Origin: Camelus dromedarius
Taxonomy: Eukaryota
DNA length: 64,000 bases
Direction of reading: 5' to 3'
Assembly (NCBI RefSeq): GCF_036321535.1
Contig: NC_087472.1
Location: forward strand, 98,954,001 to 99,018,000
Positions within the stretch are counted from its first letter, which is position 1. Each line of letters begins with the position of its first letter. A program made the translations under genes and the position numbers. The notes under the pieces are model-generated. The model saw only the letters and a program-made list of their open reading frames with translations, made no database searches and was not told the origin of the DNA. Shown here in pieces: positions 51,534 through 64,000 of this stretch.

Positions 51534-54421
51534 ATTTAGAAAAAAATTAAGGTCAAAGATTTGTTCATCTTGAGCTGTTTCTGACTCCCAGTTGCCTTGT
51601 CACCATAGGCAGCTTCACATTATAACATCTTAGCTTCATATGATGCTTTGCAGCTGGCAAGGTACTTTCTCCTTCCTCATTAGGGCATCAAAACACAGAG
51701 GAGTATGCCAGCCAAAGACCACCCTCATTTTCCTGATGAGAAAACTTATACCCACAGACATAATTTGGGTTATCCAAGGTTGTGACTAGTTTAGTTAGTG
51801 GCACAGCTGAGTCTGGAAACCTTTAAACCTAGTACCCAATTTTATGCCAGACTCTTTAGTATATTTTTCTTTCTTTGGGTTATCAAGAAGGAAAAGACCG
51901 TGTAGTCCGCATATTAATTCCTTGAATTTCTTTAAAGAATCCTTATTTCATCAGCTGAAATTTTCTTTGAATTGCCATTTATCAAACATTGATTTGCTGG
52001 CAAAAGAATATTCAAAACCAGTCACTGCTGATCTTAATGGTAAATGGCATTTATATGTACAGTTGTTAAGAATGTTATTCCAGAGTAGCGTGATTATTAG
52101 ACTAATTTTATCCCTGATTGTAGTAAACTCTTGAAATTGAGACACAACATTTCTGAATTTGTTAAAAGCAAGACAGTGATGGTTCTTGGGAGGGAATTTA
52201 ATCAAACCCTCCTTTTCACTTCACTAAAATCTGATTCCTCTACACAATGTATTGTATAGAGTATAATAAAACTGCTCACTTCTCTGTAGGTAGGAAGGAT
52301 GATCTAATCATTGTTTTGAATTTCAGCTGAGTGATACCCTCATGTATACCATATTTATAGCTGATCAGGTTACAACTGTGATAACCACTAATCGCTGAAA
52401 TGTAGACAAGGTTAAGGTTTGCCTTTTTAGGCAAAATCCCACAAACCAATCAAGGCTTCATTTGAGACTTAAAGAAAATGAAGTCAGAAGTATGTTTTCC
52501 AATGAAGAGTGAAAACAAACAGGCCTGGAGGGACTATTAGGGGAAAGTCAGTATGGATTTAGCATCAGCTTGAAAAGGCAGTGGCCTGGTTGCTAATTCT
52601 AACCATCCTTGACTTTCCATTAGCCCAGTATTTAGACTGTGTATTTTCTAAAGTTAAGAATCATTTATTTCTTACTAGACATTGCATTTGCAAAACAAAA
52701 CCAAATAAACAAACACACACTGCCCCTACCCCAAACTGGATCAAAAGAGGAATTAGGCTAAGATATTAATACATGACACATGTCACAAAGACAGAACAAG
52801 CATCCTTAATCCCAGTTCCCAATTATAAGAGAAAGAGAAGGCCTGTGCTCTTATTGCCTGATTTTCACCAATCCATGATAATTTCAGTTGTATCTTCCTT
52901 CATCTAATTCTTTGAATGGGTGTTAGCACCTTTTTCTCTTAGATTGGAAGCTGTTGGATCTAAAGTACAGGCCTTTGTCAATTGCTGTCAAATCATTTTA
53001 CGGTTACTTAGGAGTCATGCTGCTCACTTAATTATTAAATGTCCTGAAATACCAGGTGTGCAATATGCAGTGGAAATATAACATTAGACCATTTTTTTCT
53101 AATGAGATTTCAACAGCAATGAAAATAGAGGAATGAATCTGGCTCTCTAAGTCATTAAGAATATAGGGCATTCTGGTTCCAAAGAGGTTCTTAACAAGAA
53201 GGATTATGTAGCAAAGAGGTAAAAAAAATGCAGGTATGCAGTTAGCATAACCACATACTCCAGAGAAAGACAGAAGTTATAGATTTTGATGAAGAATATA
53301 TTTTCCATTCTTGATAAATAAATCATGATCTTGTTCACTTCTGTTTCAGAAGAGATTTTTTTCTCTCTTGAAGAAAGCAAAATATGTTTGGTTTGTAGTT
53401 TATTAGGAAATGCCATCCAGGCCATTTGTTGAAAATAAGTACACAAAATTTACCAGGATCCAAACATTGCTAAATTCTGCTTTTCTTTCTCAGAGTTACT
53501 GGTGATGGTGGTGGGTTTATGTGTATGGAGCGGGATGTCATGTTTACTGGAAAAGAGATGGAATGCTAGGGCAGAACAAGAAACAAACTGAAACTTTAGT
53601 GCACACATAAATCATGTTTGGCCCAGGGCAGCTGACAATTTGCAAGGCTAACCTATAATTCTTTTCATTCTTGGAATCTCTTCAAACTCTAAACTTGTTT
53701 TCTATAGTCATCCAAAGCCAGTTTTTTTCTTTTTGTTGTACTTTTTCCATCTCCATTCATTAACAATGATCATAAACAAAACAAGAAAGAAATTAAATGG
53801 ATAATGCTGGATGCATTCATTTTTAAAGTGTAAAAAGATCCTAAATCAATGCCTGAAGGAAGGGAATTAATTTGCCTTAAGGAGAATATAAGTAGTCCCA
53901 CCACTCTACATCTGTTTGCTCTTCAACAAGACACTCCCATTCCTGTTTAGATAGCTGTGGTCACATCCGTTAAAGAAGGCCAGTTATAATTATCAAGCAA
54001 ACTTCTCCCTTTTCACTTGCTCCATTCCTCATTACTTAAGAGCAAATTTCACAGGAAGACAGCCTGTAGTTATAAAGTATGTGTGAGACTGTACCATAAT
54101 CTATGAGAACATAAAGGGCTAGCTTTGTGAGTTAGAAATCCATTTGATGTCATTGAACTGAGAAAATTCCATCCTTTTAGCTATATTTCTTTAGTCTTTT
54201 AAAGTGGCTCATTGACTGGAAAATGCTTCTTAGGGTTCCATTTTAGATCCCATCTATCAAGAGCCTCATCCCAGAAGGCTTTGAGGTAGTTCCTACCCAT
54301 CTGCTGGGAATATGAACCACAAAGAGTGAGGGTTCTTTTCTGAAGATGGGACATCAAGAGCTCCTGGAAGAATGAGGAGCAGTTCTTCACTGAGAAAACA
54401 TGATCTGTGTTGACAAACATT

Positions 54422-55783
54422 GTAGATTGGTTCAGAGTTAACTTAGCTAAGCTGGAATTACATCACTCCAGAATTTTCTTCCCTGCATAATTTTAGTTAG
54501 GGTGAGCCACAAAAGACATTGTATAACAGATTATGAAGATACAAGTAAAGTAGCGCTATCTTCTTACTCCTGAAAAATCAGTGCAGGGCACTTGGTACTG
54601 TTGCAGCTCACACAGTTTCTTTCTTATCTGCTGCCTCATTACACATTTTCCAACTCCTGGGACAGATCGGGGTTTAGTTCTGACCTGAAGGGCGCCAGCT
54701 TATGTAGGAAACCCTCATCATCAAAATTGGATGCTTAGACACTATGGAAAACAATATGGAGATTCCTCAGAAGACTAGGTATAGACTTACCATATGAGCC
54801 AGTAATCCCGCTCCTGAGCATATATCCAGAAGGAACCCTACTTCAAAAAGACACCTGCACCCCAATGTTCATAGCAGCACCATTGACAATAGCCAAGACA
54901 TGGAAACAGCCTAAATGTCCATCAACAGATGACTGGATAAAGAAGAGGTGGTATATTTATACAATGGAATACTATTCAGCCAAAAAAACCGACAACATAA
55001 CGCCATTTGCAGCAACATGGATGTTCTTGGAGAATGTCATTCTAAGTGAAGTAAGCCAGAAAGAGAAAGAAAAATACCATATGAGATCACTCATATGTGG
55101 AATCTAAAAAAAACAAAACAGAAATACAAAACAGAAACAGACTCATAGACATAGAATACAAACTTGTGGTTGCCAAGGGGGCGGGGGGTGGGAAGGGACA
55201 AACTGGGATTTCAAAATTTGTAGATACTGACAGGCATATGCAGAATAGATAAACAAGATTATACTGTATAGCACAGGGAAATATATACAAGATCTTGTGG
55301 TAGCTCACAGCAAAAAAAATGTGACAATGAATATATGTATGTTCATGTATAACTGAAAAATTGTGCTCTACACTGGAATTTGACACAACATTGTAAAATG
55401 ACTATAACTCAATAAAAAAACGTTCGAAAAATTGGAGGATGAGAGCTCATGGCGGGAGATCAACATGGTTCGACTTATCTTTGTGGGTTCCAGCTCAGCC
55501 TTGCAGGTTCTAGTTTATCTTTGTTTCCCCTATTTCATGTTTGTCTTCCCTTTTGGATTGCCAGCCCTAAGAGTTTGGGCTCCAGTACCAGACTCAGAAG
55601 CAACAGCTTCAAGGGGGCTATTTAACCAGCTTCCACGAGTGCATATGGTAAAATTCCTGTAATAAATCCCTTAATATAGCTATCTATAGATATAGATATT
55701 ACTATATAGATGTAGTTATAGATAGAGATAGGGATGGATGTCTCCAAATGATTCTGCTTTTTCGATCAAACCCTGACTCATAC
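54422..55783 (+). mobile_element. LTR41-like ERVL solo LTR, split by L1
   Basis: aacttagctaagctggaattacat..; gtaataaatccc; tcgatcaaaccctgactcatac. Confidence 0.7.
54732..55427 (+). mobile_element. Young 5'-truncated L1 (0.7 kb)
   Basis: ORF 54865-55107 is the ORF2 C-terminus (..MRSLICGI*); TSD aaaattgga 54723-54731 / 55428-55436. Confidence 0.93.
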
Positions 55784-56689
55784 TAGAAGCCTGGGCTCTG
55801 TAAGATCTTGGAGGACCACCTCAAGGAGAAGGAACTGAACAGGTAGTGACTAGGGGAACCAGCTTAGACCTGAATGTCAGTTCTCTTGCTGCTACCTTAA
55901 GGTCTGGCTCCATTGCTGACTTCTGGCCTTTGTTCAAGCCACAGACTGTCATATTGTTTGATCCTGCCCCTAATGACATTTCAGTCCGCTCTATTAACTA
56001 TTGTTGCTTTGACTCCTATTGTCACCATTTTTCCTTGACCTTATTCTTGAATCTTCCAGCTGTGTGTGTGACTGCACCTCTTACTGAAGTCCTTCTTCAT
56101 TGCCGGTGCCAATGATGCATTTATGGCCACATCTCCTGCCCCCCATCATCCTCCCACTGTAACCTTCCACTGTGTCTGGAAAGGGAACACCTTAACCCTC
56201 TAACATGCTGACTTCTATGCTAGGAAAAATATCATCACATAAACAGCTTGAAGTGGGAATTGGGTAGTTGAGAATGAAGGGTTTAGGGTTCCAGTCAGCA
56301 AAGGCAAGCCTAGGTAAGAGACCACACTGGTGACCTCTGGTTAACCAGGGAATATCAAGAAAGTTGATATGCTTTAAGAGAAATCTGGGTAGCTGTGATT
56401 AAGGCTCTAAAGAAGGAGGAGCTGAAGAGCCCAACCAGAGCTCACCTGCTTCCTGAGTCTGAAGAGAAGCTGCCTTGCAAACAGAATAATTGGTAATGAC
56501 ACTCTTAGCATCTGGGACAGTGTGCCAAGTCTTTTAGATGTGGCAGGATTTGCCTGCCTGAGCAGCCCTCTGCAATAGGTAAGCTAGAATTGAGATTTTT
56601 CTTATCTTTGCAACAATTTTTGACTTCTAAAGTTTCAGCCTGAAGTTCGAAGAAACAGCCTTTTGTGAAACTTTCAATTAAAAACAAAA

Positions 56690-58480
56690 GACTCTCTCTA
56701 AGAAAACAATTAGATTTAGAGTAGCATCAAAAAGAATAAAATAATTAGTAATAAATTTTAAAAAGAAGTGCAAAACATGTACTCTGAAAACAATAAAACA
56801 TTGTTGAAAGAACTTAAGGATGACCTAAATAAATGGAAAGACATTTTATGCTCATGGATTAGAAAACTTAGTATTGGTAAGATGGCAGTACTCTCCAAAT
56901 TGATATATAGATTCAAAGCAATCCCTATCAAAATCCAGCTGACTTCTTTGTAGAATTTGACAAACTCATTCTAAAATTCATGTGGAAATGAAAGGGACCC
57001 AAAATAGCCAAAACAATCTTGAAAATGGAAAGCAAAGTTGAGTGACTCATATATCTCAATTTAAAAATTTACTACAAAGCAACAATAACCAACAAAGTCT
57101 GGTACTGGCACAAAGATAGACTGATAGATCAATGGAATAGAATTGAGAGTCCAGAAATAAGTCCTTGAGTTTATAGTTAACTGATTTTTGTCAAGGGTGC
57201 CAAGATAATTCAATAGGGGAAAGAACAGCTTTTTTCAACAAATTGTGCTGAGACAACTGGATATCTGCATGCAAAATAATAAAGTTCTCCTCATATATCA
57301 CACCATATATAAAAATGAATCAAAGACTTAACTGTAAAAGCTAAAACTATAATGTTCTTAGAAGAAAACGGGCATTGAAATTTGTGATTTTGGATTAAGC
57401 AAGCTATGACATTAAAAGCAATCAATGAAAGAAAAACATAGGTCAACTAGACATCATCAAAATTAAAATCATTTGTGCTTCAAAAGTCACTATTAAGAAA
57501 GTTAAGAAGCAGCTTGCAGGATGGGGGAAAATTTTTGCAAATCATACATTTGATTGAAAAAACTTATCTAAAATATGTAAAAACTCTTACAACTTAATAA
57601 TAAAAGACAAAGAACCCAATCCAAAAATGGGCAGAGAATCTGAATAGACATTTCTCCAAAGAAGATGGCCAATGGCCAATAAGTGCGTGAAAAGATGGTC
57701 AGTATCACTGGTCATGAGAAAAATGCGAATCAAAATCACAATGAGGTATCACTTGGTGCCCACTAGATTGGCTATAATCCAAAAGACAGATAAGAAAAGT
57801 GTTGACAAGGATGTGGAGAAATTGGAACTCTCATACACTGATAGTTGGAATGTAAAATGTTTCAGCTACTTTGGAAACCAGGCTGGCAGTTCCTCAAAAG
57901 GTGAAACTTAGAGTTACCACATGACTTAGCAATTCTAGTCCTAGGTATATACCCAAGAGAAACGAAAACATATGTTTATACAAAAACCTGTACCCGAATG
58001 TTCATACAAGCATTCATAAAAGCCAAAAAGTGAAAAACATCTGAAATGTCCATCAACTGATGAATGGATAATAAAATATATATCCACATAATACAATTTT
58101 GTTAAGCAGTAAAAAGAACTGAAGTACTGAAGTGCTGGTACATGCTACAATATGGAAGAACCTTGAAAGCAGTATGCTAAATGAAAGAAGCCAATCACAA
58201 AGACCACATATTGTGTGATTCCATGTACATAAAATGTCAAGAATAGGCAAATCCATAAAGATATAGAATAGATTAGTGGTTACCTAGGTCTGGGAGGTAT
58301 AGGGGAATTGAGAGTGACAGTTAAGGGATACAAGGTCTCTTTCTGGAGTGATAAAAATGTTCTAAAGTTGATTGTGGTAATGGATGCACAACTGTGAATA
58401 TACTAAAATCCATTTATCATATGCTTTAAATGGGTACATTGTGTGGTATGTGAATTTTGTCTCAATAAAGCTGTTTTAAA
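56690..58480 (+). mobile_element. Old L1 (L1MB-like) ORF2 3' part and 3'UTR
   Basis: Degenerate ORF2 (DLNKWKDILCSWI; MRYHLVPTR); 3' end ctcaataaagctgtttt. Confidence 0.88.
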
Positions 58481-60539
58481 AAGAGACTAATTTAAAAAAA
58501 ACTTGCTTAGAGAAAAAAATTCCTCTATCATCAGGCATATCTAGATCCTTGGGCGAGAGAAGAGTCCAAAAGCTGGTAGAAAGAATGTTGAGGATGCCAG
58601 TGGGTGAATGGCTTGTTCACAGGAATAGGTATGAGAATGTTTGGCAGATTTGCTCTTCGGGGGGTAAATTAGTAGCTGGAATTAACCCAAGTTCAAAAAG
58701 GGCATTCTTAGCTAATTAAGATGGTAAAAATCTGTCAGATTTAGTAGCATGGTGGATATATGTTTTCAGAGTGAGCTTAACTATAACATTATTGCGAAGA
58801 GTAAACTTTAGTAAATTAAAAGCAATAAGAGTTTTAAGTGTTCTCTCTGAATTGATACACATTAATAATAAAAAAAAACCCCAGACATATCTGACTAGTT
58901 TCTAACCTCTGTCTTTAATGTACAGAGTTATAGCTAATTTCATTAATTTTGTTTCTTGTGTATTGTTGTAGGAGAGTTAAAAATGCCTTCTATCTGAAGC
59001 TATTCTCTATACTCTGAAGGTTCCAAAAGTGCTGTCTCTTGTGCTCAAACTTGGGACACAGAGGGGAGGGTCTGATTTAAAAGCCAGTTAGTGGCTTTTG
59101 CTTCAGACTAGAAAATAATTCTGACCTAACTTTGAGAACCCATTAATGCCAGTCTTGTTGAAGAGCTGATTATGCCCCTTAAACAATGCCATCCCCATAG
59201 AAGTGAGGTTGCTCTGCTAATTGTTGTTCAAATCTCAGCTCTTCCAGCCAGTTATTTCTGAGTAAGAGGTCTGTCTGCCAATGTCCAGTTCTCAATTCTG
59301 CAATACTAACACCTCATGGGCTGGCTGCATGGTGTAATTTGGAGCTGAAATATTGTTTTAGTGTACATTATTGTCTGTCCAGATTAAAAAAAAATACTAA
59401 TAGTATCATTGATTGAACCCTTTTTATGTTAATTGCTTCATGTATATAATTTTTTTTCTCCACACAAGAAGCTGGCAAAGCAATTGTATTAGTTATATTC
59501 TCATTTTACCAGTGAGGAAACTGAAGTTTAGTGAGGTTAATCAGATTGCCTAAAGAACCAGTGATGGTTAAATTAGTTAGGCTAGTTTGAAAACTGCTTC
59601 CATATATGCACTGATTACAAAGCTCATTCTCTTAGCCATCATGCTTCTAAAATGTGGGCCATGGAAAAAAATGTCCTTATGTCCTTCTTTGACCAGAGCA
59701 ATTCTCATTTATATTTGCTGATCTAGTGAATTTACTGAGAATGTCCCCATTCTGTATTGTGGCGGCTATGAGAATATACCTTTCAGATCTTTAACTGCAG
59801 AGAGTGCCATTGACCAATGGCTTCTTCCATCACTTGGCTCTAGCCCAGACAAAGGAAGAGAACATAGAAAACTACAGGAAGATTTAGGAGCCAGGCCAGA
59901 AGTAGAGTACATCACTTCTACTTACATTCCATTGGTCATAATTCAGTTGGAAGGGATCCTGGGAGATGTGATTTAGTCATGTGATGAGGAAGAGAACATG
60001 GATATTGGTGAACAAATAGCCAGTGTCATCTATAATCTGTAATATTTTTGTTACACTTATAATATCTGGCAGCTTATTCAAGAATGATCACTAGGGAAAA
60101 AAAAACCTGTTTATTTCATGGTCACACATGCAGAGTCCAGGAGGTATAAAAGTTCGTTTACTTCAAATTGTCTTTCAGTATATGCAGAATCTGCCTGAGA
60201 GGCATCTTGGAGACTTCATCTTCGGTCTTCTCTTTCTCTGTTCCCCCAATCTTTTGTCCCTTTTTACCATAATCACTTTGCTACCTTTTACACCTTTGTT
60301 CTTCCCCAGCATTCTGGCTTTACTTTATAGAAGAAGCATGTCTACTTGGGGTTCTGAGAATCCTTTCCTAATGCCACCAAAAGGAAAGGAGAGACCATTT
60401 TTGGAATGAAATGAGGCAGCCCCAAATCCTTTGGATTCCTTGAAAAAATGGGAAATCTACAGTTAAATTTAAAGCTAAGCTTTTTCTTGTTAATAGTGAC
60501 CACCACTCATGGCATAACTTAACTGTGCTTTATATCATA

Positions 60540-60970
60540 ACACGTTTCCTTAAACAATTTCATACTCTGGTTCAACAATTCTATTTTAAGGAATTAATCT
60601 TAAGGAATTAATCAGACAAGTTAGAAAAGACAGATAAATATATTTATGACTGCATTGTTTACAAATAATGAGGAACCAGAAACAATCTAAACATCTGAAT
60701 GTCTTACAATAGGAAATTGTTCCAGTACATTTCAGTACATACATACAAAGATGAATACCATGCAGCCATCAAAAATGATGACTCATATCTGTATTTTTAT
60801 ACTGTATAAAATAGTAATTATACTATGATTCTAATTTTTACATGCACGTGTTTTCATTGGGAAATATTAGAAAGATCACACCAAAATGTTAACAGTGGTT
60901 ATCTGGTTATCTTGGGGTCGTGGATTTCATATTGTTTTAATATTGCTTGATTTGATTATCTGTATTTCTG
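60540..60970 (+). mobile_element. Ancient L1ME-like 3' fragment
   Basis: gcattgtttacaa..gaaacaatctaaa..gaataccatgcagccatcaaaaa..caccaaaatgttaacagtggttatct. Confidence 0.55.
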
Positions 60971-61503
60971 AAAAGGTTCTCTACATTTAGTCCTTGCATA
61001 ATAAGAGAGTGAAGAAATAAAATATGGAATCAGAGAGTGGGAGATGACAATAAGTCTCAGAAGGTGGTTTGGTTTAGAAGAGTGCTGACATTTTCCTTGG
61101 TGTTTATGAAAGTACTTGGTTCCCAATGTTCCCCACCCATTCTCTCACCTGTCTCCTCCACTTTGGGAACTGTTAGAGGCAAATTCTCATTTGATAATTT
61201 CACTTAAATTGAAATCCAACAATATAGTATAAAGATATATTAAATAACTTCCCCAAACGCACACAAATTAAATTTCTGAAATAGTGATTATTTTTCCCTT
61301 TGTAAAGTCAATTTCTTTGATTTTAATGAGTTATGAGTAAAAACAATCTTACATTTTCCCCTTCCACCAAAAAACAAAACAAAACAAAACAAAACACCAA
61401 CCCATGATGCTTGGAAGAACAGGGCTGGTAAGTCACTTTTGTAACTCATTGGAAAGCTTAACAAAAAATTTCACTGATTTTGGAGATATTAGGCTATTAA
61501 AAT

Positions 61504-61973
61504 TGTGTTGTGGCCATGAGAATGTTTATCTTGCATCTTCTACTATGGAGAGCTCAATTGATTGGCAGCCCTGGGTGTTGCACTGTGAAATCCATCTGCA
61601 TCCTGCTCCAGAGCTGTAACTCCCAGGCAATGACAGCTTCACAGGGCTGTTCCCAGCCTATGAGTGAGTGCAGCATGAGTACTAAAGCAGGCATGTTCCT
61701 GCTAGATGCAAGACTACTTTGATGGATGACTTAGGTTCAAGGACTCTCGTACAGTATTTCCAGACTCTCTTCTCTTAGAATGGCTTTGCAGACTAAGAGA
61801 GACTAAGGTACTTCCACCCAGGCTTCCTTCCTTCCCTCTGTCCCTTATTTGGGTTCAGACCTGCATTGCAGTCTGATGACTCTTCCAGCCTCTCCCAGCT
61901 GCCTCTCCATTTTCTCTCACAGGTATTAAATGCTATCTTGGCATCTGTTTCTCAAAAGGCCCAAACTAACACA
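61504..61973 (+). mobile_element. LTR33-like ERVL solo LTR
   Basis: tgtgttgtggccatgagaatg ... cttggcatctgtttctc..ccaaactaacaca; related fragment at ~59753. Confidence 0.65.
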
Positions 61974-62389
61974 AATAGCTCATAAGGTAACCAAGAGATT
62001 AAAGGTTAAGTGATACATATAACCACACTTGCCACAATTCAGGTACAGACCTAGAACCAGAAGAAAGCATTTTTCCTTGTGACTATCCTTTAGGGGTTCC
62101 ATTGAGCCTAAACTAAAATTCTATTAAAATTTATTTCATTTTGAATGGAGTTCCTGAAGAAGTCTACTAATAACCCAACAATCAGAAATATTGATTACCC
62201 TGGCAGAGTCAGAACTTGGAGCCCACAATCACAACCATCTTCCAACAACATCACTGATCTTTAAAACTAAATCTAAGTCTACCTTGGAATAGTTACCACT
62301 GATTCATTATTGGCTTTGGACATGCCCCTTACATTCTCTGGGACTCTGTTTTCTTCATTTTGAATCATTTACTATAAGAGAGTCTCCTT

Positions 62390-62590
62390 GGGTTTAAGAG
62401 CAGTGGCTCCTAAGCATTGTAGGGTTTGAATCCTGGCTCCAGCTCTTGCCAACTGTGTGACCTTGGGTAAGATATTTAATATGTCTTTGCCTCAGTTTCT
62501 TTATCTACAAAAAGGGTTTAATAATAATCTCCTAGGCTTACTATGAGGAGAATAGTGTTTGGTGCACAGTACATTTTCATAAATATTGAC
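62390..62590 (+). mobile_element. MIR SINE
   Basis: gggtttgaatcctggctcc..ctgtgtgaccttgggtaag..gcctcagtttctttatct (MIR core). Confidence 0.75.
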
Positions 62591-62599
62591 TGTTGTGGT

Positions 62600-64000
62600 T
62601 GCTGTTAATTTATTGATCACTTCCTATGTGCCAGGCCATGGCCTAGGTTCTCTGAGGGAAACTATGAATATAAAACAGTATGGTTGAGGAACTCATACAA
62701 CAACAACAAAAAAGGCTGGAAATAAATAATTGTGCAGCTGTGGGATAAGGGCTGTATGAAAGGAAAATAGAAGGTACAAGGGTTCTCTAAAAATAGGGTA
62801 AAGTAGGTTCCAGGAAGGCTTCCCAAGAGACACTAGTTACACTCGAACTGAGTCCTGAAGGCTATAGAATTTGACTGGTCAAAGCAAGGCTTGCGTGCAA
62901 AGAGGACAGCTCATGTGGTGGTATGTGGATGCAGAACAGCATGGGGCTTTCCAGGCAGGTGCAAGAGATTTGATCTAATCTAACTGAAGGGTGTGGGAGT
63001 AGGAGCATTCAGAGGCCTATCTTCAGAGATTGGCCTTGACTTCCATGCAGTGGAATCTGGATTTCATTCCTAGGGAGTGGAGAGTCATCAATGAAAGGAC
63101 TGAAACAGGCAATGAGCATCACCAAGGATGTGTTTTACAAAGCCTTTTCTGGCAGCTTTATGGAATATAAAGCAGGTGTGAGGAGGACTCAAGAGAGACA
63201 GGAAGATCAGTAGGGAAGCTCTTATGATAGAGACAGAAAAGGAGAGGACTGGAAAAACAAGAATAAGGAATACAAGAAGTGGAACAAATTTACAGGAAGA
63301 GATAACAAGTTTTTCCTCTATTTATGCTCTGCATAATTCCACAAAGAACGTGAAGTAGCTTGAAGAAGATACACAGGATAGTTTAGAAAAAAGTACTAGG
63401 ACCAGAGGGAATACAAATTAGATTAGGAAATATGGGATACAATATAAATAAGACATAAATAGGCCAAGCTTTTTGGACTTGAACAGGTGCTATCCTGGCA
63501 GCCAAAATGAAAATTGATTTGGTATAGAGTTTATCAGCTGTTCTATAGACCAGTTTTCTCATCATTACCCTCAGAAGCATCAGTAAAGGAGATCATTTGG
63601 AATGTTGTGTTTAGGTATCTGTGGGACATCTAACTAGAAATGTCAATAATGTTTCCATGTGAGGGTCTGGTGCTCCAAGATGGACCTAGGCTGGAGAAGC
63701 ACATGAATGAGGCCCCACTGTCCATGTGGCCATCAGAACCATGGTATAGAATATACTCATCCAGGGAGACTGTGTTGGCCAACTTCTTGGCAGAATAAGC
63801 TACTGGTATTTGACAAGATATTCTCTATGATCCTTTTAGCTCTAGCATCCCATGGAGTCACCTTTTGCAAAGAGAATGCTACATTATTATTCATTAAATT
63901 ATTGATTGGACAAGTATTTATCGAGCACCCACTATGTGTCAGGTGCTCTTCCATAGACTGGGAATATGACAGTGAATAAAACAGACAAAAATCCCCATTC
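62600..64000 (-). mobile_element. L2 relics
   Basis: L2 3' ends at ~62610 and ~63900 (tatttatcgagcacccactatgtgtcagg); purine-rich body. Confidence 0.55.

Noticed and set aside
1..64000. CRISPR array, prokaryotic operon or novel enzyme system
   Set aside because: Sequence is mammalian repeat-rich DNA; no repeat-spacer array is present, and the only enzyme-like ORFs are L1 ORF2

Overview
Mammalian, AT-rich, intergenic or deep-intronic DNA dominated by transposable elements. I could not recognise any host protein-coding exon, rRNA, tRNA or CRISPR array. The young L1 3'UTR type, together with the absence of recognisable Alu, BovB/Bov-tA, PRE1, ERE or Can-SINE elements, suggests a camelid genome (inference, moderate confidence). 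The centrepiece is a full-length ~7.1 kb LINE-1 (31628-38742, minus) with a CpG-rich 5'UTR, an open ORF1, a ~400 nt inter-ORF spacer, a disrupted ORF2 and a perfect 16-bp TSD. It sits in a multi-level nest: L2 region > MER21-like LTR > older internally deleted L1 > young L1s. Many truncated L1s with readable TSDs, solo LTRs (MaLR, ERV1, ERVL), hAT/mariner MITEs, L2 and MIR relics fill the rest. The most unusual observations are two 'bipartite' L1 copies joining a 5' end directly to the ORF2 3' part, an 18-nt in-frame ORF2 deletion shared by the young L1 copies, antisense ORF and splice features in the L1 5'UTR, and a pre-miRNA-sized hairpin. Repeat family names come from recalled consensus motifs, not a database search, and boundaries of old repeats are approximate. 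I found no convincing novel protein-coding system.
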